Below the pieces are notes generated by a model. The model made no database searches. It was not told the DNA's origin and was given only the letters and a program-made list of their open reading frames with translations. From the NCBI GenBank assembly GCA_963725865.1, contig CAVSAC010000014.1, positions 800,001 through 864,000 of the forward strand: DNA of 64,000 nt, read 5' to 3'. The stretch's first letter is position 1. Every line of letters starts with the position of its first letter. This DNA comes from Candidatus Eiseniibacteriota bacterium (GTDB taxonomy: Bacteria > Eisenbacteria > RBG-16-71-46). Made by a program: the position numbers and the translations under genes. Positions 26,409 through 34,972 of this stretch are shown piece by piece.

Positions 26409-29225
26409 TCAGCGGTAGACGAACAGCGCCGCATAGACAATGGCGAGGATGAGCAGGATGCCGAGTCCGAGCGCGATGCCTCCGAATATCACCCACTTGC
26501 GCACGCTCTTCGGGTCCGGCGCGGGCTCGAGCCGCCCCTCGAGCTGGCCGCTCGCCACCAGCTCCTCGTACTCGCGGGGTCGATCGGTCTTGAACTCGTC
26601 GAGCGGGATGGTGCCGCTGAAGATCACGGTGTCCATCGGGAACTTCTCCGGACGGAAGTGGGTGTTGAAGAAATGCACCGTGAAGATGAAGCCCACGGCG
26701 AGCAGCGCCTCGTCGCTGTGGATGATGGTGGCGACGTTGAGCAGCCAGCCGGGGACGAAGCGGGTGAAGAACGTGGGGAACCACAGCAACAGGCCCGACA
26801 GTCCGATCACCGCCACGCCCCAGAACACCGCGAAGTAGTCGAACTTCTCCCAGTACGTCCAGCGCCCGTACTGCGGCCGCGGTCCCTTGCCCAGGAACCA
26901 CAGCACCGAGCCGACGAACTCCTTGCCGTCCTGCAGGCTCGGCAGCATGCCGCTCGAGCCGCCGATGAACTGGAGCCACGACCGACCGCTCGCCTGCTTG
27001 CGCCGCACCAGGTCGCGGATGTGGAGGGCGAAGTACGAGAACGTGACCAACGCGGCGACGCGGTGGATGAAGCCGGCGGCCTCGAAGCCGCCCAGCAGAT
27101 GCGCCACGGCGGTCGCCCAGCCGGCGTACGAGAACTTGAGCGTCATGCCCGTCACCGCGAGCGAGATGAAGCTCACGATCACCATCAGGTGCAGGTTGCG
27201 GTAGAGCTTCGGGAAGCGCCGCACGTGCACGGGCGACTCGAGCGCGTGCGTGGTCTTGAGCATGCGCCGGTACTGCAGCGAGCGCGGCAGCCAGGCCAGC
27301 GTGTGCAGGCCCGCGAACAGGAACGTGCCCACCAGCAGACCGGTCATGCCCCAGAAGGTGAAGAACAGCGCCGGATACTTGCCCGGGTCGTGATGCGTCG
27401 CGTGCGTCAGATACCCGGCGAAGCGGCGATTCGAGCCCGGGTGGCACTGCTGGCAGGTCTTCACGATGTTCTGCCGCGACAGATGCGATCTCGGATCGAA
27501 CGCCGGCAGGATGTCGTGAGCGCCGTGGCAGTCGTAGCACTTGGCGGTCTTCTGGTAGCCGAGCTTGGAGACCTTGCCGTGATAGGTCTCGAAGTAGGTC
27601 TTGGCCAGCGCCTGATGGCAGTTGCCGCACTGCGTCATGATGTTGAGACGGAAGGCGTCCTTGTCGGTGCGGGCGATCTGGTGCGCGCTGTGACAGTCCG
27701 AGCAGGTCGGGAGCGGCAGCTTCGACTTCGAGACGCTCACCGAGTGGATGCTGCGGCTGAACTGCTCGTAGATGCCGCGATGGCACTGGGCGCAGGTCGA
27801 CGCCACGTTGGACTTGTTGACGCTGGACAGCGGGTCGGTGTGCGGGAGCTCTCCGTGCGACGTGTGGCAGTCCACGCAGGTGGCGGTCACCACCAGGCCG
27901 CTCTCGAGGAGGCCCTTGCCGTGGATGCTCTCGACGTACGACTCGACCACGCGCTTCTGATCGCCCGTGTAGCGCACGGCCGCCTTGTGTCCGATGCGAT
28001 GGCAGTCGCCGCACAGGTTCGGGATGTTCTTCGCGTAGGTGCGCGACTCGGTCTCGAGGTGTCCGCGGATGGCGTGCGTGCCGTGGCAGGTGACGCAGCG
28101 CGGCGCGTCGGGACTGCCCTTGGCGTCGAGCTGCCCGTGCATGCTACGCCGGTACGTGTTCACCACCTCGGCGTGGCACACCGAGCAATCCACCTTCGAG
28201 GTCAGCGTGCTGCACGGCCGCATCGCGGAGGGGGTCGCACCGGAATGGCATTGCGCGCACGCGATCTTCTGGTGGCGCGAGTGCTGCAGGTCGCTCATGT
28301 CCACGAACATCGAGATCTTCTTGCCGGTCTCGTCGGTGCCCATGAGTTCGCGCTTCGCGTGGCAGGACATGCAGTCCTTGTCCGCCATGCCCTGGGTGTA
28401 GAACACCTTGCGGATCTTGTGCGGCTGGTGACAGTCCACGCAGGCCGGCACCGAGTTCGGCGCCTTGGCCCACCGCGCGCCGTCGATGATCTTGCGATGC
28501 ACCTGCTCGATCAGCACGTGGCACTGCTGGCAGGTCGCGGCCACGTTCTGTCGCGCGATGCTGGAGCGGGGATCGGTGTGCGCCAGCTGGTGGTGCGCGG
28601 TGTGGCAGGAGGTGCAGACGGCCGTGCTGAGCAGGCCCTTCTGGAACAATCCCTGGCCGTGGATGGACTCGGCGTAGTTGTTGAGGATGCTGTCCTGAGG
28701 GATGTGGTAGAAGGACTGGACCGGCGAGCCCTCGCGGTGGCACTTGTTGCAGAGGTAGGGGATGTTGACCACGCTGGTCGGCGAGCGGAGGTCCTTCGGG
28801 CGCAGAACGTCGTGCGTGCCGTGGCAGGACGTGCACGTGGGTGCGAGCTTCTCGCCGCGCCGGAACGCCGTGCCGTGGAGGCTCTCGGCGTACTGCCTGG
28901 CCTCCTCCGAGTGACAGTCGGCGCACTCCACCTTCTTGAGCTTTTCGGGGTGCGGGAGCTCGGCCCCCTCGAGGTCCGTGTGGCAGGCCCGGCATTCGAG
29001 GCCCGCGTGCGGCGAGGCGCGCAGTGCGCCGGCATTGAAGTTCGGGGGCTCGCCGGGTGTGCGCCTCGACGGCGCGCCCGGCTGGTGACACTGCGCGCAG
29101 TCGTCGGACCCGGGTAGCGCGGCGGCTGGCGGCGTGGCGGCCCAGGAGCTCAGCGCGAGCGCGAGTGAGCCGGCGACGAGCAGCAAGCCGACGGCACGGG
29201 ACAGCGGGACACGCGGACGGTGCAC
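26409..29225 (-). CDS. CbcL-like fusion: 19-heme cytochrome c + FdnI/HyaC-type diheme cytochrome b domain
   Basis: 19 CxxCH counted. C-terminal TM domain NLH..FIHR..WTYWEKFDYFAVFWG..IIHSDEALLA..TVHFF. Start uncertain (ORF opens at 29348). Confidence 0.85.
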   Translation of the reverse strand: MHRPRVPLSRAVGLLLVAGSLALALSSWAATPPAAALPGSDDCAQCHQPGAPSRRTPGEPPNFNAGALRASPHAGLECRACHTDLEGAELPHPEKLKKVECADCHSEEARQYAESLHGTAFRRGEKLAPTCTSCHGTHDVLRPKDLRSPTSVVNIPYLCNKCHREGSPVQSFYHIPQDSILNNYAESIHGQGLFQKGLLSTAVCTSCHTAHHQLAHTDPRSSIARQNVAATCQQCHVLIEQVHRKIIDGARWAKAPNSVPACVDCHQPHKIRKVFYTQGMADKDCMSCHAKRELMGTDETGKKISMFVDMSDLQHSRHQKIACAQCHSGATPSAMRPCSTLTSKVDCSVCHAEVVNTYRRSMHGQLDAKGSPDAPRCVTCHGTHAIRGHLETESRTYAKNIPNLCGDCHRIGHKAAVRYTGDQKRVVESYVESIHGKGLLESGLVVTATCVDCHTSHGELPHTDPLSSVNKSNVASTCAQCHRGIYEQFSRSIHSVSVSKSKLPLPTCSDCHSAHQIARTDKDAFRLNIMTQCGNCHQALAKTYFETYHGKVSKLGYQKTAKCYDCHGAHDILPAFDPRSHLSRQNIVKTCQQCHPGSNRRFAGYLTHATHHDPGKYPALFFTFWGMTGLLVGTFLFAGLHTLAWLPRSLQYRRMLKTTHALESPVHVRRFPKLYRNLHLMVIVSFISLAVTGMTLKFSYAGWATAVAHLLGGFEAAGFIHRVAALVTFSYFALHIRDLVRRKQASGRSWLQFIGGSSGMLPSLQDGKEFVGSVLWFLGKGPRPQYGRWTYWEKFDYFAVFWGVAVIGLSGLLLWFPTFFTRFVPGWLLNVATIIHSDEALLAVGFIFTVHFFNTHFRPEKFPMDTVIFSGTIPLDEFKTDRPREYEELVASGQLEGRLEPAPDPKSVRKWVIFGGIALGLGILLILAIVYAALFVYR

Positions 29226-29422
29226 GGAGCCAACCCCCAAAGCGATGCCGCCGTCCCCCATCGGGACCGGCGGCGTGTCGGCAGGCGTCGTCTTCTTCGG
29301 ATCGAACCTCGCAACGAGGTGCGGCGCCCCTTCATCCCCACCCATCATCGAACCTGACCTCGGGCGTTGATCCGCCCGGGGAGCTCACGCGCCCCGGGCG
29401 GACTCTGCGCCAGGCGTACGGC

Positions 29423-29965
29423 TCAGCCCTTCACAGCCGGCTTCTTGGCGTGCGGCATCCCCGCCTTGAGCGCCGCGGCGTAGTCGAACTTCGGACTCGT
29501 CTCCGGCGTGTGGCAGGTCTTGCAGACCGCTTCGGTCGGCAGCGGGTGCATCGTCTTGGCCTTGTCGGCCATCGCCGCCTTGACGTGGAGGCTCGCCGGC
29601 CCGTGGCAGTCCTCGCAGCCGACGCCAGCGAAGCTCGCGACCTTGGTCGAATCGGCGGGGGGATAGCCGCCCTTGCCGTATCCGACGACGTGGCACTTGA
29701 GGCATTCCGGTGACTTCGCCGCGGGACCCTTGACCTCGACCTTCAGCTTCGCGGCCCATTCCGCGGTCACCTTCTCGTCCGCCTTCTCGAGCGTGACGAG
29801 CGCATTGGCGTGCTTCGTGGCCTTCCAGCTGGTGGGGATGGCGCCCTTGGCGGCCATGTTGTGGCACATGCAGCCAGTGCCGACGTACGTCGCCTTGTCC
29901 TGGGCCAGCGCTGAGCCCGCGAGCATCAGGGCGGCCAGCACACTAAGGGTGATGATCCGGCGCAC
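29423..29965 (-). CDS. Periplasmic c554-like tetraheme cytochrome with one contracted CxCH motif
   Basis: AGGAGGAGG RBS, GTG start, signal peptide, YVGTGCMCH, CLKCH, GVGCEDCHGP, CKTCH. Confidence 0.83.
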   Translation of the reverse strand: MRRIITLSVLAALMLAGSALAQDKATYVGTGCMCHNMAAKGAIPTSWKATKHANALVTLEKADEKVTAEWAAKLKVEVKGPAAKSPECLKCHVVGYGKGGYPPADSTKVASFAGVGCEDCHGPASLHVKAAMADKAKTMHPLPTEAVCKTCHTPETSPKFDYAAALKAGMPHAKKPAVKG

Positions 29966-30120
29966 GGAACCTCCTCCTTGCAAGACGGTAGTCCAGATCC
30001 CTCGATGAAGGGACGCGATCGCGACAGGCGCGCCGCATGGGAGCACCTGCTCATCAGGCAAGTCCCGGGCCACCCGTCATGCGGCCCGCGAAGGTCCCCA
30101 GGGGTCTCCCAACTCCGCAG

Positions 30121-30158
30121 AAATACGTAGGCGCCGACGCGGAGGCGTCGGCGCCTAC
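30121..30158 (-). terminator. Probable intrinsic terminator of the fdx-por operon
   Basis: Perfect 14-bp stem GTAGGCGCCGACGC/GCGTCGGCGCCTAC (30127-30158), followed on the minus strand by GUAUUU. Confidence 0.6.
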
Positions 30159-30251
30159 CGGACGGGGGCCATCCTAGCCCCTGCCTCTTTATCAGGGAAC
30201 TGCCATTCCGTCGTGTCCCCGCGCCCTCCCGGGGCGGCCGGATCGCGCCGG

Positions 30252-31268
30252 CTACTTCAGGGCACAGAGCTCGTACAGCCGCTCCACGTTGCTCTGGACC
30301 CAGGCCTTCATCTTTTCCAGGTCGGCTTCGCGACCCGGCCTGGCGACCGGCTTGCCGGACTGCTTGTCGATCTGGACCAGGTGCGCGAACCGCCGCTGCT
30401 GGCCGAGGAACTCCTCGACCGCCGGCCGGTCCGCCGCATCGCGGGCGCAGTCCTTCACCGTGCCGCCCTTGCCGCGCTTCCAGATGAACGCCGGGAACAC
30501 GCCGGCCTGGGCCCCCACGAGCGCCAGATCGACGGTCTTGCCGTCCTCGAACTTCCATCCGCTGATGCACGGAGCCGGTACGAAGATCACCGCCGTGCCC
30601 GACTCGAGCGCGAGAGACTCCTCGATCGTCTTCAGGAACAGCTTTCCGTGCGCCGGGCTGATCTGCGCCACCAGCTCGGCGCCGGCGGCGATGGCGAGGT
30701 GGATGTAGTCGAGCGGCGCGCGCGCGTTGCCCATCGAGCTGCTGCCCGAAGGCGTGGTGCTCGTGTCGGCGAACGGAGTGGTCGCCGGGCTGTACTGGAA
30801 CCCGGTGTTCGCGAAGATCTCGTTGACCAGCACCACCATGGTGATGCGGGCCCGGCGATTGATGGTGTGCAGCAGCGCGCGCAGGCCGATCGCCAGCGCC
30901 CCGCCGTCCCCGCTCGCCGAGATCACCTGCACCTTCCGCTCGAGCGCGCCCGCTTCGGCGAGCACGTCCGCCACGTCCCGCGCCGCTTCACCCAGCGTGG
31001 GCGCGGACTCGAAGACGTTGTGCAGGATCGCGAACGACTTCGCGTAGTCGTCGGGCGCCTCGTCCCCGCGACCCCACGCCACCACGTTCGGAAACGCGAG
31101 CGTGGAGACCTCGGCGCACGAGGTGCCGATCGTGAACACGGTCTTGGTGCCGTTGTCCGAGACGCGGCCGATGTTCCCGAACGCGATGGACTCCATGCAG
31201 CCCGGGCAGAGCGTCGAGCCGGCGCGGAAGCACGAGTCCCGCTGGGCGATTTCCTTGTAGCCGCTCAT
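30252..31268 (-). CDS. 2-oxoacid:ferredoxin oxidoreductase beta (TPP-binding) subunit, PorB-like
   Basis: LCPGC, GTSC, SGDGG, NEIFANTGFQYS, APCISGW. Confidence 0.85.
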   Translation of the reverse strand: MSGYKEIAQRDSCFRAGSTLCPGCMESIAFGNIGRVSDNGTKTVFTIGTSCAEVSTLAFPNVVAWGRGDEAPDDYAKSFAILHNVFESAPTLGEAARDVADVLAEAGALERKVQVISASGDGGALAIGLRALLHTINRRARITMVVLVNEIFANTGFQYSPATTPFADTSTTPSGSSSMGNARAPLDYIHLAIAAGAELVAQISPAHGKLFLKTIEESLALESGTAVIFVPAPCISGWKFEDGKTVDLALVGAQAGVFPAFIWKRGKGGTVKDCARDAADRPAVEEFLGQQRRFAHLVQIDKQSGKPVARPGREADLEKMKAWVQSNVERLYELCALK

Positions 31269-32599
31269 ATCCGGGTCCCCTCATGGAAGAACATCGTGGG
31301 GGGCGGCGCGGGCCCGTCGAGCGCGTCCTTCGCCTCGTCGAGCATCGCCTCCCAGGTCGGCTCGGACACGTCCGCGCCACCCAGGCCCGCGAACGCGCTC
31401 AGCACCCGCGGCGGCGAATCGAGCTCAGAGAGTGCGTCCACGATGTCGAGCGTGAGATGGCCACGCCCCTGGTGATGTGCCTGGTTGACGACCAGCACCA
31501 CGCTGGCCTTCTTGAGGCGCTCGCGCACGGCGGCACGCGGGAACGGCGTGAGCAGCCGCATGGCGATGCCGGCGGCCTTCACTCCGTTGGCCTGCGCCCA
31601 GCCCTCGTACAGCGATTCGAACGTGCCGAAGTCCGGTCCCATGCCGACGACCGCGATGTCGACCGCGCCATCCTCTGGCCAGCCGATCGAGTCGTAGAAC
31701 GAGAGCCCGGGACGCCCGAAGGTCGCCGCGAAGTCGGCGCCGATCTCGGGCAGGACGTCGAGCACCCGGTCCATGCGCCGTTTCTGGGCCACCTTGAAAC
31801 CCTGGAAGAACCGCGACGTGACGCAGTTGCCCATCGCGGTGTCGCCATTGATGAGCCCCGGCAGCGGGCACGGCTGGATCCAGCGGTCCTGGAACGCGTG
31901 GATCGCCGCATCCGGCTCGGCGGTGAAGCGCGCGTTGCGGTGGCTGTCCTTGATGCCGTAGTAGCCCGGCATCGTGGGTGTGAGGATCTCCGGGTGCATG
32001 CCGAGGCACGGCGCCTGGAGGATGGTGTCGTAGATCTGCTGCTTGCCGCGCGCGCAGATCTGGATCAGGCCGCTGTCGCGATGGGCGAGCGTGTCCGACG
32101 GATCGCCCTCGATGCACAGCGGGAAGTTCGCGGTGGCGCGGTACACGTCGATCAACACGATGTTCCCGAGCCCCGACGCGCCCATCGAACGCACCGTCTC
32201 GGTCATGTGGTCGAGGCCCACGCTGCTGGTGGCGGTCGGGAAGATCAGGTCACGGCACGCTGCCGCGGCGCCGACCATGTAGTCCGCGACTGCGTGTTCG
32301 GCTTCCATCAGCTTGACGCGCTTCAGGCCGCCGGGCTGGTTCGCGATCTGGGCCGCCACCGTCTCGATCCACTTGGTCGACGGCGTGATCGGGAAGCCCG
32401 CGAAGATGACCGCGCGCCACATCTGAAGCGTCGCGATCGCGGCGGCCGTGTTGCCATCGGCCGTCACCGGCTCGCGTTGCGTGTACAGCGGCAGGTGCCG
32501 GGCCTTGACCTTGTCGAGCCGGATGGCGTCGTCATAGCGCTCTCCGGACGGGGTCGAGACGTGCGGCATCAACTGGATCGTGCTCTCGGGCGCGCTCAT
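31265..32599 (-). CDS. 2-oxoacid:ferredoxin oxidoreductase alpha subunit, PorA-like
   Basis: DGNTAAA, GFPITPST, MEAEH, TATSSVGL, GLGGADV. Confidence 0.83.
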   Translation of the reverse strand: MSAPESTIQLMPHVSTPSGERYDDAIRLDKVKARHLPLYTQREPVTADGNTAAAIATLQMWRAVIFAGFPITPSTKWIETVAAQIANQPGGLKRVKLMEAEHAVADYMVGAAAACRDLIFPTATSSVGLDHMTETVRSMGASGLGNIVLIDVYRATANFPLCIEGDPSDTLAHRDSGLIQICARGKQQIYDTILQAPCLGMHPEILTPTMPGYYGIKDSHRNARFTAEPDAAIHAFQDRWIQPCPLPGLINGDTAMGNCVTSRFFQGFKVAQKRRMDRVLDVLPEIGADFAATFGRPGLSFYDSIGWPEDGAVDIAVVGMGPDFGTFESLYEGWAQANGVKAAGIAMRLLTPFPRAAVRERLKKASVVLVVNQAHHQGRGHLTLDIVDALSELDSPPRVLSAFAGLGGADVSEPTWEAMLDEAKDALDGPAPPPTMFFHEGTRI

Positions 32600-33564
32600 G
32601 CTTCGACCTCCTCCCACTTCTCCTCGTACGAGCCTTCCTTGAAGAGGTTCTCGGGGCACACCGCGATGCACTCACCGCAGAGCTTGCAGAATGAGCTGAC
32701 GTCGGCGCCGGTGACCAGGACGCTGCGCTGCTCGTCGGGCTGCCAGCGGATGATGCTCTCGGGGCACGACGTGATGCAGTGCGCGCAACCCGTGCACGCC
32801 AGGTTGGGATCCTCGAACACCAGTCGGAACCCGCTCTTGGCGAAGTTCGAGGTGAGATTGGTCTGCGAAAGGCGCAGTCGCGTCTGCGCGCCGACCGGCA
32901 ATTCGCCATAGCCTTCGAACGCCGGCGCCATGTGATCGCCGGGGCGGGCCTCGTCGTAGACGCCCGTCTGGATCGCGTCCGCCGAGGCCTTCAGCGCCTC
33001 CCGGTTGCGCTCGATGAGCGCGTCGGGGATGCGGCGCTTCTTCAGCATCTTGAGGAACATCTCGATGACCTTCTCGGACGAGAGGCCGCCGATCGCACGG
33101 GCCATCGCGACGTAGGCGGACACGTTGCCGATCGGAGCCTTCAGGTACTGGGTTCCGATCTCGTCGCCCGACACCGTGAACACGCGGCCCGACAGATGGA
33201 AGTGCTTGGCGCACTCCAGCGGGGTGCGGCGCGTGTTGATCACGAACGTGCCGCCGACCGGCACGCCGTGGGCGAAGTCCACCGCGCGCGCGGCTGCTTC
33301 ATCCATCAGCAGCGCGATGTTCGGACGCGTCAGTTCACACGCGGCCGCGATCGGACGAGAGCTCACCCGCAGGAAGGAACGGATGTTGGCCCCACGCCGC
33401 GCGGAGGAGAAGAACGGCCACTCCTGCACGTGCAACTCGGGGTCGGAGGAAAGCAGTGCGGCGAGGCTCTGGAAGGCGAGCACGAGGCCGCCTCCCGCCT
33501 TGCCGTCCCCGCGAAGTTCCAGTATGGAGGAGCGGAGCACCTCCTGCGGGTCGATGGGTCTCAA
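32596..33564 (-). CDS. 2-oxoacid:ferredoxin oxidoreductase fused gamma-delta subunit (PorC-PorD-like)
   Basis: Gamma-like N-terminus (RRGANIRSFLRVS) and C-terminal 2x[4Fe-4S] motifs (CTGCAHCITSCP, CKLCGECIAVCP). Confidence 0.82.
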   Translation of the reverse strand: MRPIDPQEVLRSSILELRGDGKAGGGLVLAFQSLAALLSSDPELHVQEWPFFSSARRGANIRSFLRVSSRPIAAACELTRPNIALLMDEAAARAVDFAHGVPVGGTFVINTRRTPLECAKHFHLSGRVFTVSGDEIGTQYLKAPIGNVSAYVAMARAIGGLSSEKVIEMFLKMLKKRRIPDALIERNREALKASADAIQTGVYDEARPGDHMAPAFEGYGELPVGAQTRLRLSQTNLTSNFAKSGFRLVFEDPNLACTGCAHCITSCPESIIRWQPDEQRSVLVTGADVSSFCKLCGECIAVCPENLFKEGSYEEKWEEVEA

Positions 33565-33571
33565 GATCTCC

Positions 33572-33778
33572 TCACTTCCGCCACAGGATCGCGTGGCCCG
33601 GACAATCCGTCATGATTTTCTGCAGTTTTGGCATGTAAGTCTCGTCGATGTCTGCGTTGAAGACCTCGGCGACCTCTTCGTCCTCGACCTTCCGGAACGC
33701 ATTTGGAAGCACCTTGATGCAGTCGCCGCATTCAGTGCAAAGGTCCGCATCGACATAGAACTCAGGCACCTTGCCCAT
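33572..33778 (-). CDS. Monocluster [4Fe-4S] ferredoxin
   Basis: GGAGG RBS, CTECGDC and DCPGHAI, 68 aa. Confidence 0.88.
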   Translation of the reverse strand: MGKVPEFYVDADLCTECGDCIKVLPNAFRKVEDEEVAEVFNADIDETYMPKLQKIMTDCPGHAILWRK

Positions 33779-33933
33779 CGTTCACACCTCCCGGTGGGGT
33801 CCATCGATCGTGAGCCGCGGTCCCGCGGCCGAGCACGTCTTGTGCATAAGTTATGCTAGGTCATGAACGCACCGCAGCCGACCCGGGCCTCGCGGTGGCG
33901 TCGACTCTAGCCCGGGACGAGAGACGAGATCAT

Positions 33934-34953
33934 ATGTCCGACTCCCATCCCCGGCTCGCCGTGCTGAACCAGCACGTCGCCCTCAACTCCCTCTCGCGTC
34001 GTCGCTTCCTCACCGGGATCGGCCTGCTGGCGGGTGCCGGCGTCGCGGCTCCACTGCTCGGACGCATGAGGCCGAAACCGACCGCGCGCGTCGATGTGAC
34101 GCGTCCGGCACTCGGCACCTACGTTCGCATCCTCGTACGTCACGAGGATGACAAACTCGCGCAGCGGGCGATCGAGCGCGGATTCGACGCGATCACGCGG
34201 GTCGATCAGCAGCTCAGCATCCATCGCGCCGATAGCCAGGTCGCGCGCGTGAACGCCGCCGCCGGCGAGCGCGCGGTCGCGGTGGATCCCGAGGTGCTCG
34301 ACGTCGTCGAGCGCGCCTGCGCCGAGGCACACCGCTCGCAGGGACTCTACGACATCACCGTGCTGCCGCTGATGCGGCTCTACGGCTTCTATCAGTCCGG
34401 CCGCGCCGGATTCCCGAGCGACCGCGAGATCGCGGCCACGCTCGAGCGGATGGGTGTCCGCCAGGTGCGCGTCGATCGCGCGGACGGCACGTTGGGACTC
34501 GCGAGCCGCGGTGCGGCGCTCGACTTCGGATCGGTCGGCAAGGGTTGGGCGATCGATCGCGCGGTCGATGCACTGCGGCGCGAAGGAGTGACCTCGGCGA
34601 TGGTGGATGTGGGCCGCAACGTCTATGGACTCGGCGTTCCCGACGAGGGTTCGCCGGGGTGGTCCGTCGGCGTCATCCACCCTCTCACCGGAGCCATCGC
34701 CCACGTGTTCGTGCTGCGCGACGCCGCCGTCGCGACCAGCGGGAACCACGAGCAGTCGGTGACGCTGGCCGACACGCGCGTCGGCCACCTCTTCGACGCG
34801 CGCAGCGGGCGGCCGGCGGACGGACACCTGTCCGCGAGCGTGCAGGCCCGCACCGGCGCCGATTCGGACATCGGATCCACATCCGCATTCCTGCTGGGGC
34901 CGGGACGCCTGGCAGAGCTGCCGGAGCATCTCGGCGTCCACTTCATCGGCTGA
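33934..34953 (+). CDS. apbE: FAD:protein FMN transferase (ApbE family)
   Basis: Tat SRRRFL, ALGT, YDITVLPL, LDFGSVGKGWAID, ATSG, HLFDARSG. Confidence 0.88.
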   Translation: MSDSHPRLAVLNQHVALNSLSRRRFLTGIGLLAGAGVAAPLLGRMRPKPTARVDVTRPALGTYVRILVRHEDDKLAQRAIERGFDAITRVDQQLSIHRADSQVARVNAAAGERAVAVDPEVLDVVERACAEAHRSQGLYDITVLPLMRLYGFYQSGRAGFPSDREIAATLERMGVRQVRVDRADGTLGLASRGAALDFGSVGKGWAIDRAVDALRREGVTSAMVDVGRNVYGLGVPDEGSPGWSVGVIHPLTGAIAHVFVLRDAAVATSGNHEQSVTLADTRVGHLFDARSGRPADGHLSASVQARTGADSDIGSTSAFLLGPGRLAELPEHLGVHFIG

Positions 34954-34972
34954 CGGGAACGGGGGCGGGGGA

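Noticed and set aside
30046..30062. CUGAUGA on the minus strand as a hammerhead ribozyme core
   Set aside because: The required GAAA and stem arrangement are absent.
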